Shown: positions 51,149 to 64,000 of the stretch, in pieces
Numbering within the stretch: the first letter of the stretch is position 1
How the letters are laid out: each line of letters starts with the position of its first letter
Source of the DNA: Dimorphilus gyrociliatus
Lineage: Eukaryota; Animalia; Annelida
Reading direction: 5' to 3'
NCBI GenBank assembly: GCA_904063045.1
Contig: CAJFCJ010000001.1
Span: forward strand, 2,232,001-2,296,000
Length of the DNA: 64,000 nt
Notes under the pieces: model-generated
What the model saw: only the letters and a program-made list of their open reading frames with translations
Databases searched by the model: none
Told to the model about the DNA's origin: nothing
Program-made: the position numbers and the translations under genes

Positions 51149-51679
51149 ATGTTTGTTTCTCCTAGGCATTTGCAAAATAAAACTGCAAAATTTAGCAAAG
51201 ATCGACAAGAATATTTGCAGCAATTGGTAACAGAATATTCAACAACTGTTGAAATTGAAGCCAAGCAGCAGATCGTCGCAAACTTGGCAAACTTTTGCTA
51301 CGATCCGATAAACTTTGATTATATGGAAAAATTAAATATAATTGACTTATTTACAGATGTTTTACAAGACAACGATGAAAAATTAATAGAATTTGCAATA
51401 GCTGGTTTATGTAACCTAACTGCTCACGTTAATTTCCAGGAAAAAGTAATGCAAACACCTGACTGTTTACAATTAATTATGAAATGCTTATCAAGGGATT
51501 GTGAGGAAACATTAATATCAGCAATGACTACACTCATTCAGCTGCTCCATAGCCAGAAGGATAAACTTACCGTTGTTGAAATAGTTAACGCTATGAAAAC
51601 ATTATCTTTCTCGGAAAATAAAAGAATAAAAAATTTAGCTCTCTTATTTTTAAAAGATACTGGAACTGTACCTTATTAA
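51149..51679 (+). CDS. ARMC7: Armadillo repeat-containing protein 7, single coding exon
   Basis: RQEYLQQLVTEY...AKQQIVANLANFCYDPINFDYM...IIDLFTDVL matches the ARMC7 N-terminal signature. Confidence 0.92.
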   Translation: MFVSPRHLQNKTAKFSKDRQEYLQQLVTEYSTTVEIEAKQQIVANLANFCYDPINFDYMEKLNIIDLFTDVLQDNDEKLIEFAIAGLCNLTAHVNFQEKVMQTPDCLQLIMKCLSRDCEETLISAMTTLIQLLHSQKDKLTVVEIVNAMKTLSFSENKRIKNLALLFLKDTGTVPY

Positions 51680-51941
51680 TTTTACATTTTTGAGTCAACT
51701 GGAATGGAGTCTTTGATCTATTTTCATAGAAATTTGAAATTTTTTCTATTAATTATTAACATAGTAAATATAAGTTAATTTTTTAAATATAATTTATTTA
51801 GTTTTCATTAAATTGAAGCTTTTTGAAACGATAATAGTCTTAACTAAAGAGAAAAAAAAAACAATCCAGAGAAAAATATACATTCAAGTTGTTTAAGTAT
51901 TATTAAAAGTACGTGGAAAACGATAACCCCGTTGAATTAAT

Positions 51942-54900
51942 TTAGTTGTCACTTGTAGCTACAATTTCAAACCATTGCTTTAAAGCATCGCTGAGTATCA
52001 TAGGCAGCGCGTCAACATCTCTTAGTACAACGTAGAACGGGAATGGGAAATTTTCCATATAGGAAACGAGTTGCAAAGGCATAACCAGTTTATCTTTTTC
52101 CATGCGAGGTATTCTCATTTGCATGATGCTATCTTTACTATCGGGGTGGTCAATGATTACGAAAACAACGAATAATCCTGACTGTCTTGCTTCCCTGATT
52201 GAGCGCTTGACTTTTTCCATACCTTCACCATACATAGATCTTCCATCGGACACAATTATTAGTAATTCACTTATAGCTCGATCTTTAACAGTCTTTTTTT
52301 GTTTATAAATAATTTCAGTACATCTTTTCATCATTTCTGTAACTCTTGTTTGGGATCCATTAAATTGTAATTTATGAAGGACCTTAGCTCCACTCTCACT
52401 ACTCCAGGGTTCGTTCAAGTCGTGAATTGAATCAACTCTCTCTCCGAAACTTACTAAACCGAATTTACCTATTTCTAAAAATTTAAATGCATTGGATAGT
52501 AAAGCTATTGCTTCAAATGCAACTTGAACACAGCGATTCTTTACCATACTAGCGGAATTGTCAACAGCTAGCATGACGTGGTAATCGCGATCTCTGGCCT
52601 TTGTTCTTCTCAACCAGATTTTATCTTTTCGAAAATCGGATGCAACATAAGCTACTACCTTCTTCATATTAAGGCGCTTTCCGCTGCGATAATCACCTTC
52701 TAATCTGTTTTTTTTGGTTGGTTCAAGAACGAGACGCAATTGCTCACACAATTGTCTGGATAACGAGGAGGTGCAAATTTCGTATTGACGCCACCGTTGC
52801 ATGCACTCGTTGTCAGACCTTTCTTCATTGCATTTTAGCCAACTTCCTATTGTTTCTTCTAAATTTTTTCGTAATTCTTCCATATCAATTTTAGGTATAT
52901 CTGCCATCGCTTCAAAATTAATCCCAGAGAAACTTTGTATGTCTTGAACAGTTTGAGTTTTAATAATTTCTCCATCAATTTCCATTAAATTATTATCTTC
53001 TTTATTACTTTTTTCGCCTTCTTTGAGTTTCCTTTCATCTTCTTTTAGTTCTTTATGCAATTTTGTACTTTCCATTTTCTCAACCTCTTCTGGTTTTTGC
53101 TCAAAAGGTTCATCTTCCATAAAGTCTTCATCACCCTCGTTCTCAGCTTCTTCAATATTTAAATCGGATTGCCGTTGATCTTTAGTAGCACTATCAACAG
53201 TTATTTCATCGTGTTTTTCTCCCTCTTTAATATGTTCGTACAAGTCTTTACTTTGGTTCTAAAACAATTATTCAACATTACTGTAAAGTTGCAATTAATT
53301 AAAAAAAATATCATTACCTCTTCGTACTCCATACTCTCTTCTTGACGGTCTATTGTTTGTAAGTTCTTTACTTTTTCTTGTACAGACGACGAAATGGTTC
53401 TATCCTCATTGAATTTTCCCTTTTGGTTCTTTCCCATTTCTTCCTTATTCTCAGTAGATTTTGGAGCAGCCTTTCCTAATGCTCCTTTTCTTCCTTGAGT
53501 TTCTGATTTAGCGGATCCATCTCCGGACTCTTCCTTATCTTCAGTTTCATTTTCTGCAGAGCCTGATTGGACTTCGGACTGAATAGCATTTTCATACGAG
53601 CTTGAAGCTGTTTTACTCTGATCTTCAATTTCCTGGTGCTCTTCTTTATCTTGATCTTGTTCTTGATCATCTTCCGTAGTTTCCATGGGTTCTGTAGAAG
53701 GCTCTTCCCTTGTTTCATCATCATTTTCTTGTTCGTTAGTCTCCTCTTTGTTTTCTTCCTCGAGCATATTATCAATATCTAAAGGATTGTCTGAAATATA
53801 ATTTTTATGAGTAAATTCGCTCAAATTATTTCTTAAACCCTCAATTTAATGAACATTACCTTCTGGATTTTCTTCATCTTTTTCTTCAGCATCAGAACCA
53901 ATATCATCTTTTTCTTCCATTTCTAAGTCATCTTTATTTTCCATATCTTCCGGAAGATCTTCGATTTCTTGAGCTTCTTTTTGTTGTTGTTCGGTATGTT
54001 TATCAGTCTCGTTTTCATCGAAGTCTCTGTCATCATGAGGCTCTTCTTCTCTTATTTCTTCATTTTGATCATTGTCTTGCTCATCTTCATTGTTATTACT
54101 TTCTTTGGCGTCCGTTACGTCATCTTTAGCTACCAACTGGGACTCTCCTTTAGCGTCATCTCCTCCACCTTGTTCTTCATTTTTTTCTTCTTCCTCGTTC
54201 TCTTCGTCAGATCCCCACATTTTTTCATCTAATTTTTCTCCTTCATTACCAACATCTCCCATTTCCTTGTCTAGCTCTTCTTCCTCTTCTTCCTCTTGGC
54301 TCTCATCATCTTCATCCTTCTCTTCAACATGAGGATCTCTGTCTTCTCCTCCGAAATCGTCAGTCATTTCAATAGCATTATCTTCGCCTTCAACTTCATC
54401 CTCATCTTTATCTTCTTCTTCACCCTTCCTTCCCTCTACTTGTTCTTCGGTGTCAATTTCATTGCTTACATCTTTTTGGCCTTTTCCGGAGGCCATTCCA
54501 GCGCAATCCTCGCCTGAAATTTCAAGTTTACCTTCACCTTCTTCAGATTCAATTAAATCTTCAGGAGTACAGAATCCTCTAGAAGCTAAATTAGATGCAA
54601 GAAGAGAAATTAAAGTCGACAAGCGAGATATGCTGTTGAAATCCGCAATTAATCGATTTAGAACTGATTCTGCAATTTTTGAGTAATAATTTAACAATGG
54701 TAACAAATTGCATAGACTTTTCATATTTTCTTCATCTTGGCATACGAATTCTTTTAATTTTTCCATAAGCCTGCACGAATGATTTAGTCTTGCTGCTCTG
54801 GCAATCTGCAAGTTGAAATTATAGAAGCCGCAGCTTAGTAATTCGGAATTCTCTTCGTCATCTTTTATAATTTTTCTTATATTTTGAATAGATAAGAGAA

Positions 54901-57900
54901 AGTTTTCTATAAAAGTTTGCTCGGAAAATTGCAATTCGTTAGCTTCCTCTGATTTCTCGAGTGCTGCTATTGACTCATCAGGTGTTATTTCCATTTCGTC
55001 AATAGCTCTCCACAAGCACTCGCTAAGGGAATTTCCCAAATCCCGTTTAAGTCCTATATCCGAGCTAAGCTTTTCTAAAGAGGATTTGACTTCAGTGAGC
55101 AGAACCTTTATTTTTATAAAATCCTCTGCATCCCTTTTAGTGAAGATAGTAGTCATCTCAGCAATTCGATTACTACTCGATTCTAATGATTTAATGTTAA
55201 TCTTCAAAGTAGATAGGATATGTTCGTGGCTTTTTAATAAATCAGGATAGTTTTCTAGTTTATATATTTCTATATCGTCACCAATATCCTCTGGTAAACT
55301 CTGATAGAGAGCGACAAATTGTGACAGATAAAGTAGACAATTTGATATTTGACTATTTAATTGAACCTGTTGCCAGAAAAAGAACATTTTTGCGCATTTT
55401 TAGATATTAATTCATTACTTAAAATACTCACCACAGATTCGGATAGACTTTGTTGAGAGAACCAACCTTCTTCTGCTAATTTTGCTAATTCTCTGTTTTC
55501 TTGATTAAACTCGATATAAAGACTAAAAAATTCGCATAAATTGGACCATAATTTTTGTTCAAAACGAGCCAGATGTCGACTTAAACCGTGACTTCGATGA
55601 ATTTCGGCAGTTGTTAATTCCTATTTCAAAAAAATTACAACCTGAGAATAAGCAATAACACATTTTAACATTTATTCACCTTAGACGGAGTTTTAAAAGC
55701 TTGTTGTAACTGAGATTTCCTACAGATGCAACGTACGTGGTTTCGTTTACATTCTTCCCAGTTTCTAACTAACTCTTGCTTGTATGTTTTAATATTCTCA
55801 TCAATAGTGTACGTGTCTTCTAAATCGCCTTGAAAATTGTCAATATCTTTAAGCCCCTTCCTGTAAGACAATCCCATTTTGGTGAAGTCTGTAACAAAGT
55901 CTGACAGAGATTTTCGCTTTCTATGCTGTAAATTTTTAATAAATTTTTTTCTCTCTTCCTTATCATTTGGAATATCAGCAGTTAAGAATTGATTATAAGT
56001 TTCCAGTATTGATAAACGAACTTCTTGAAGATCAATTCTTTTTTGCATATCCTGCATTTGGTAGATAATCCAAGATGAGTACTTAAAGGTTTTATCATTC
56101 ATATTCTTGACATTGTCTATTTCTAAAGTGATATCCTGCTTTGTGAGAGTTATTTCAGGGATGTCGTTTGAGAACTCTTTCATTTTAAGTTCGTCGTCTT
56201 TCAACACCAAGACGGCTTTACCGTATAAAACTTCTTTAAATTTCTTAATGAATTTATGAACTGTTTTATGAGCTTTTTCGACCCCAGTTTTCAAAGCCCA
56301 AAATGTTCTATCATTCCATCTACATATTTTTACGTAACTCTTTAATTCTTTATCTATTGGTTTTTGAAGGCTCTCCAAGTTATCAGATATTTGTTCAACA
56401 AAGATCGAATACATTAGTTTAATATTATAAACTCCTTTGGCCAATTCCGGATTAATAGTCAAACATGAAGAATGAATAATTGACAAAATACGATATCTTT
56501 CATTAAAATCTCCTAATTTAGCATTTTCTAACCACTCTTTAATGTTATTTAAACAAGTAGTCATATCCTCCGAAGACTTGACTTCTCTTGTTGCAGCAAG
56601 TATACGGAAAGCGAATTGAAAACTGCTTAGCTTACATTTTTCCAGTTCAAATTCCAGTATTTCTTTCCAGCTTTCCAGCTCTATTTTTCTATAACTAATC
56701 AAAACTTTAGTTACATTTCCTATTTCTTCTATAAGGCTAACTCTTCGAGATGCAACCTGTAGTGAAAAAATAGTAGTTATTAAAGATTATATTGGGTAAA
56801 CATTTATCTACCTTTTGCCATTCTTCGCATTCCATTAATAACAATTGTAGACCAGCTGCAAATCTAGCTAGAACAGAATTAACAGGTAAATTCAGAATTT
56901 TTTCTATAATTTCATTTATTTTTTGTAGAGTTGGATGCTCTGGCCATTCAGCTAATCTAATTTCAACAGCCTTTCGCATATCTTTCAAAACCTCAATACT
57001 CTCGATGGCTTGTTGCACATTGCCTTCGTGATAGAACGATGTTGTCTTGCTTGTTAATGCTTGAAATTTATTGGCAAATGACAGTGTATAGATCAGTTGT
57101 CGATCTCCATCCTCTTTCAGATGGCTTTTAAAAAGGATATCCGATAGCAGCATTTGTCTCTTTAAAATGCTATCGCCCCAGATTAGGTTTTCTTCTGTGT
57201 ACACTGCAGGAGCTGAAGAGATTTTCGAGTATAAATTCAATATTCCTCTTATTTTTTCATCTGTGAGTCCAAAGCCTGACTTTTCCACTTCTACGTTTTC
57301 AAAATCAGGAAATTCAGGAAACAATTTACGAATTTCTCTTTCTTCTTTCTCAGCTTCCGTTAATTTTTCCCCATGTTCCTTTATCTTGTATAAACTTTCT
57401 TCTTCCAACTCTTTTCGCCTCTTTTCTTCGTCTATTGCTCTCCAAATTAACAATACCTTTTCTAAGGCAGCTTCAGCCAGAATGTTATCTTCTTCACTGG
57501 CTCTCTTTAGGACAACACCCTTAGCTTGAATATCAGAAAGTATAATCTCACACAACTGCCATTGTAACTCGTTAGGGGATTTAGAGGTGTGTCTTGACAA
57601 AATTCGTATAGTTTCTTCAGATAATAAATGTTCTAAAGTCATATCTAAAGGCCAATACAGCGATAATTCGATTAGGGCTTCTAAATCCTCGTCCAATTTT
57701 AGACATGCCAAATCGAGACCATGAGAAATCAACGATATACCATTTAGGATAGGACCAGTTACATCACTATAATAATCAAATTTTTTTAGTCGATTTGTAA
57801 ATTGTCTTAAAGTCTCTTTAAAAGATCCTAACTGATTTGAAAATTCTTCTTTTTCAACATCTTCTATATTTGTCATTAATTTCATTATGAAACTGGATTC

Positions 57901-60900
57901 TACAGTTTTAGCGAATCCTTTTATTTCTGTATGTAATTTTATAAAGTCCGTCGTATTGGGTCTGAACGTTTTTTCAATATCCAGCAATAATCTTTTTTCC
58001 AATTTTTCAATTCTTTCTACTAAGTAAGACGTTCTTTCGTTTGCTACAAGATTAGCTAAACCTGTTAGCCTAAATTGATAATCTTTTCTTGTGTTAACTT
58101 CAGTTTGTAAATTAGAAAGTTCCAATTCTGCTAAGTGTCTCTTTATTCTCTGTCTATAGACAGGATCAACAGTTGACAAGGGTCGGAATGCATATAAGTA
58201 AATTAAGCCTATTTGAACACTCAATTGGGCCAAAAACATTTTTTGATCAGCTTCCGCTTTGAAATCCTCCTCATAATCTGTTGAAAGCTGTTGTAAAATT
58301 GACCATATACCATACAGTGTTTGATTTGGTAGTTGAATATGCTCATTTCTGCTAGCGTTCCTAAGACGTTCAAGCATCTTAAAAAGTACGTATGCAAAAT
58401 TTGAAAGAGTACAAGAATTATCGAAACTTTTTATGAATAAACTTCTCGATATTTCTGCCAGCTCCTTTGTATTTTTTCTGTACGTTTTAAGCGGAACATT
58501 TCTGTTATTTAGTTCAAAAGCCAATTTCGTTTGCTGAACCGTATGTAAATTTGCTGAAGAATCAAATAAAATTGAGAGACGATTAAAAATACTTGGAAAA
58601 ATCATATCTATTCCATTTTTAAAATTCAATGTAGGTAGAATATTCCAACTGTTTTCGCAGTATTTTAGGCCATTTACAACTGAATTGCAAATTGCAGTAT
58701 CATTAACATTTGTTAATAAGACATCTTTTAGAATTTTTAATGAATCTTTACAATTTATTAATTCTAAAATATCCTTCTTTATATCTCTTTGAAAAGATCC
58801 ACTGTCGGTATTTTCTTTTAATTCTGATTCCAGTTGATCAATAGCCTCTTTAACTGACAACTCATCAATTTGTTCCAAAGATATTAATGAAAATAGATAA
58901 CAAATACGCTTTCTACAACTTTCGTTAAAGTTTCTGCCGTTCAAAGTTTGTTTTAACTTCTCGATAATAACTTCTTTCCCTTCAGAAATTCCTAATGTTT
59001 TATGTGATAAACTCTTTATTACCCTTCGTTGGATATTTACAGAAGAATTTTCTTGGGGAATGATTTCTTCAAGTTCATCCATTATGGATCTCAAAGCACC
59101 TGATGTTGTTGGAAGTTTTGCTAATACTTTGGCATTTATCCAATTCAAATGTAAAGTTAATAAAGAAATATACTCTTCAACATTATAAGTTGAAATATCA
59201 ATTGAACAAAAGTTTATCCAAGATATCAATTGATTTAAACATTTGAAGACAATGCTAGAGTTAGAAGATTCCAGTTTTTCTAAATATTCTATAATTTCTC
59301 TGAACACCAATTCTGTAAATTTCTCTAGGAATAAGACAGAGGGATGATATGGATTGAATGCTGTTTGTAAGAAAAGTAGTGAAATGTTTATTTACTTGTA
59401 AAAATTATAACTCTTACCTTTTCTGGCATTTCGAGAAGTTTTTATTAAATTCTTTTCTTTGATGCAAGATTCCAGATAATAAACAAAACTTAATAGAAAT
59501 CCAGTCTTATGCTGTAGAAATCTACTACAATATTCTATAATATCCTTGAAATCGGAAAACTGATACTGTAGATATTTTATAGCAAACTCGTTGCTTTTAA
59601 AATTTTCAACAGTAAGGTAAGGAACGATGAAGTCATTTACAAAGTTTCTTTTTTCGTTTGTGATGATATGTTGCAAGTATTCCGAATAGCGAATTGAATT
59701 AGCTATAGATACATTATGTTGAAAATCCTTAACATGTGCTTCTCCAAAAGTCCAAGTGTCTGTTGTTTCATCTAAAATATCAATTTCTGGTTCGACATTG
59801 TATACGTGGCTAATACTGCACTTTAAAGCTGAAAGTTCATCTTTCCCGTTTTGCATCAGTTGTTTGCATAAGGAAGAAGACCTTATCAAAGTTTCTAATC
59901 TATTTCGACCATATTCTTTATAAAATTTTAATAAAATTTCTGCTACTTGAACTTCTTTCAGATTAGCTAAGCAATGAAGATCGTGATCCGATTCCGAATC
60001 AAGCCAAATTTCTAATCCTCGATTTCGCATTGCTCTAGAAAGTTCACCATGTCTGAAATCTAATTCTAGTATGATTCGGAAATCCTTGTGTGGTTTAACA
60101 GTAACTATTTCGCCATTAATTACTCCTCTCTCAGTTATAGTAAGAACTCCATTTGGCTCTAATAGGGGATTAAGACGATCAAGTACTGATGGAGAACATA
60201 TATTAGCACCATGCACCAAAAGCCAATCTCCATTTTGCATTGAACGTATGAGTTGGCTATCAATCCAATCGAATTTTCCTGCTGAATCCTTATAGGAGTC
60301 TAACTTTATTAATTTTTCTTCAATTTCTTTTGCAATATTGTTGGGAAAATAACCAAGAATATTTTTAAAACATTCAATAATATAATCAATGTTTCTTTCC
60401 TCTTCATCTGTAAATGAGGATAAAGGCGTTAATTTCCTATTTATATCAATCAAAATAAAATTTGCATACCAAATTTCAATCGAGCATATTTCTCCAGAAT
60501 ATTCACTATGTTTTTATCGCCCTGAATTAGAAATTGTCCAGTCAACTCAGATATTTTAGCCTCCAAATCATCTTGAATTTCATGAACAAGCCTCCAAACG
60601 TCGGCCTATGAAAGTATCATATAATTATTTATTATATAGACAAATTTATAAAGTATTTTACTTGTTCAAAGCCGCCAAGTAGTTCAATCGTATCCATATT
60701 AGCATTAATGTTTAGTATGCTTAGATTTCTACCTGCCAAAGCAGCCATTGTTTTTACAATGCTGGTTTTCCCACAACCTGAAAATTTTTTAAATGATCTA
60801 TAAGTTAGAACTATTTAATAACTTAGAAACTGACCACTAGATCCTACAAGCATAATCATCCATCCATTTCTAATTGCTTGTAAAAAGTCTTCACCGACAG

Positions 60901-63900
60901 AAAGTATCTTATGGCTGAGGATCAGATTTTCTGCCTTTTCTGTTAATTTATTTTGCCTTTCAATTTCGCAATCACCAATTCGTAGCACTTTATCGTCAAT
61001 AAATAAGTTTCGATTTGGAGTTTTTGGTTCGGGAAAATATTGACAATAAACTCCAAGAACTCTTGATACGTCATGTTCGTTTCTCATTCTGCTTAGATAG
61101 ATTGTTCGAACGAAACACGAAGGATGTTTAAAAGCTTCTTCAGCAGTTTTTATTAGCTCGCACCATCTAAATACATCTCTCAAGTTAAATTCCCAAAAAT
61201 TTTTGAATATTTCACTTATTCTACAATTGAAATCAATCATTTGTTCCGACCATTCGATTACTTCAGGATAAGCATTATTTAAAATGGATACTAAATCCTC
61301 ACGAGTTAAAACTTGAGCATAAACTTTGACGAATCGATTCAAAAAACTTTGAGGTAATCCCTTTCTGCCAGCACCTTGCACGTAGGGATTTTGACAACCA
61401 AATAATCTAGTTTTTCTTTTGGAAACATGAAAAGTTCTATTTAATTCTGGGATGAAAACCTCTCCTCTGTGATCCAATATGGCATTCAAACCCTCTAGCA
61501 CCGATTGTGATGCAAGATTTAACTCATCGAGTATGATCCAGTGTCCATTCTTAAGAGCTTTCAATATCGGACCATCTCTCCATTCGAAAAGGCCTCCTTT
61601 GCCACCTTCAACAGGTAAATCAGCTCCAAACAAGTCACTGATATCAGTTTGCTCTGACAAATTGATTCTTGTAACTTGAAATCCTGAAACACGTGCTAAT
61701 TCTTGAACCACCGTTGTTTTACCTACTCCGGGAGATCCTTCCAAAAGAATTGGCCGATCAAGAGCTAAAGCTCTTACTATTTTTAGGACGTTAGCTTTAG
61801 TTGTTGGTGCAGAAAAATTAAACGTCTTATCTACAATACTCATTTCCTGACCTTTTTCAACAACAAAAGGCCCTATCTTTATATGAGAGTTTTCAACGCT
61901 GAACTGAAATTCTGCTTCATTGACTGTATTAGGAAAATACTTTCTTAGCATGGCTATAGATTCTTGTTTAGCTGACGAAAATCTTGCGTCATCTACGCCA
62001 GCTCCTGTACCAAAAGCATCGATGAAGCTCATGCATCCTCCATGAAATGAAGCACTATCCATATCCAAATAGTCAACGCGGTTTATAAATTCTATCCAAT
62101 TTAAATAATCTCGGATACTAATAGAATCCTTTAACCTTAAATCATCATTATTTTTTAACCACTCAACAAAATCTACCATGCTTTCAGCTTTTACATCTTT
62201 TCTTTTTGAATTATGTTTAATAATGCCAACCAAGTCACTCTTACTAGTTTCGGAAAGGCACCATATTTCAGTAAACCTATTACGTAAAGCAGGAGATAGT
62301 TCTTTTTTACCAAAATCACCTCCAGGATTCATTGTGGCTACTAATCGAAATTTATCATTAGCGAAAACCTCCTCGCCTCCTTTTTCCGCTAACACCAAGC
62401 TACGATCCAATTCAAGAACAGAATTTAGCCGTTCGATTACTGAATCGTCAACCAATGAAACTTCATCAAGTAAAAATAACCCACCAGCTTTCATTGAATC
62501 AACAAGAGGACCATCTACCCACTCAAAAAGTCTTTTATCGTTCTCAGACCTATTTCTAACTGGTCTTAAACTGCCGAGAATGTCTCCAACTTCGGTGTTA
62601 CGATGACAAGAAATTGACCATAATTGAGCCCTTAGTTGATTGGCGAATAAATAAGATAATGTTGTTTTACCGCAACCAGTTTGTCCTACCAAAAGAACAG
62701 GTTCGGAGAAAGTTATAGCTTCATTCAATAACACAGCCATTCTCCTAAGAGATTTTGTCCAAACCAAATGTTTAAAGTCTTCGGTAAAGTTGGAATTCAT
62801 TAATTGGTGCATAATATTATTTGATTGCCTAGTACAAGTTTTTGAATTAACAGAAAATAGGTCACTTTCACAGATATTTGTCCTGGGAAATGCCTTTTCA
62901 ATGATTTCCTTAACAACTACAGCCTCATCCTCGCATCGAACTCTACCAGCCAATAACATAAATCCCTGCTCTGCTAGAAATTGGTTCCAGTCTTTATTTT
63001 GGCCTTCAGTTAACCTATATCTATTAGCCCATCTAAATAGGTCTCGTAAAGTGATAAAACCTTCTTTGCCAACAAATACTCCGCTCTTTCTTCTGACTAG
63101 TTGCAAATTTTTCATAACCTTCACTAGTTTTTCAGCGTAAGACTGAGGAATCTTACAGCGTTTGTGAACTATTTGGACCAATTCCTTTTCAGGTAGTAAA
63201 TCAAAATGCAGTTCTATAAAACGATTTCGGAAGGCTCTAGATAATTCCTTTCTCCCTCCATAACTTGTACCAGCTGGGTTTTGAGTCGCAAATAACATAA
63301 ATTTTGGATCAGCTTTAACAACTTCACGAGTTTCAGTTATCAATAATTCTCGGTTATCATCTAAAACTCTGTTTAATGCCTCTAAAACGTCAGTTGGGGC
63401 AAGATTGAGTTCATCCAATATTATCCAATAGCCTTTTCTCATAGCTTGGACTAAAACTCCATCCTGATAAGTAAGGACTCCATCGCCATCAGTTGTATAA
63501 CAACCAATGTACTCCTGCATATCTGTATGTTCGTGATTGTTAATTCGAAGTACTGTATTTCCAGTTAAACGGGCTAAATATTTTATCAAGGATGTTTTAC
63601 CAACAGAAGTTTCGCCTTGAACCAATATAGGAAGAGAAGCCGACGCTGCTCTTGCCAAATTCTTTAAATTTAAATCAACAGTTTTAGTCATAACATAATC
63701 TTTCATTTCAAATTGTTCATCCTCCCCTTTCTTAATCCAATATCCTTTCACTGTAACATAATCCTTACCGAGCTGCAAAAATTTTCCTTTTCCTCCAAAA
63801 GCTTTTCTTATCTCTGATTCGACGTAATCTTCGGAATGTCGATTCAGACAGGTGAGGAAACTCAAACAAAAGGCTTCATAGAGACAGTAAGAAAAATTGA

Positions 63901-64000
63901 CACTCTTTTGTGAACGAGCATATCTTAAAGCTCTGCATAAAGTCCTCAAACTGTAATGTGGCTTTCTACCAGTACCATCCTCTAAATCAGTCTCTGATTT
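51942..64000 (-). CDS. MDN1: Midasin (Rea1) AAA-ATPase, 5'-truncated by the window edge: AAA3-AAA6, helical linker, D/E-rich region, C-terminal vWA/MIDAS
   Basis: Walker A motifs GETSVGKT, GQTGCGKT, GSPGVGKT, GSSG|CGKT; WIILDELNLA; FEWIDSQL-like AAA6 segment; acidic tail; GKRLNMKKV...KDKIWLRRTK; MIDAS AVDNSASM. Frame is open to position 64000. Confidence 0.97.

Noticed and set aside
53969-54686. Plus-strand hydrophobic and Ser-rich ORFs that look like membrane proteins
   Set aside because: Antisense shadows of the GAA/GAT-rich acidic region of midasin; composition is fully explained by the opposite strand.
1-64000. CRISPR arrays, tRNA/rRNA genes, transposases, LTR/TIR elements
   Set aside because: No spaced direct repeats, tRNA or rRNA signatures, RT/transposase ORFs or terminal repeats were seen by eye; small ncRNAs could be missed without Infernal or tRNAscan.

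Overview
Eukaryotic, AT-rich, very gene-dense animal genomic DNA: about 22 protein-coding genes in 64 kb, most introns ~50-90 nt GT-AG. No prokaryotic features, CRISPR, rRNA, tRNA or intact transposon were seen. The features suggest a compact-genomed invertebrate, plausibly a lophotrochozoan such as a miniaturised annelid; this is an unverified inference. Genes in order: orphan LRR-cap type-I membrane protein, Hes/hairy, SLC16/MCT, cyclophilin A, aldo-keto reductase, Amt, Neurexin-IV/Caspr, MCRS1, DUF4806/BEN-like protein, CFP1/CXXC1, small CaaX protein, MRPS6, an ER-like (NR3) nuclear receptor, DLST, BTBD7, an 81-aa Cys-rich membrane protein, BTBD9, ARMC7 and the 3' ~12 kb of midasin. Main highlights: (1) an estrogen-receptor-like LBD joined to a collapsed, probably non-functional DNA-binding domain, with N-terminal LxxLL motifs and a DSGYDS degron; (2) tandem-duplicated juxtamembrane exons in Neurexin-IV plus a candidate stop-containing exon predicting a tail-less isoform; (3) a CFP1 orthologue with no CXXC domain but RG-rich tracts; (4) several uncharacterised small membrane proteins. 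All gene models were spliced by eye and need RNA-seq confirmation.
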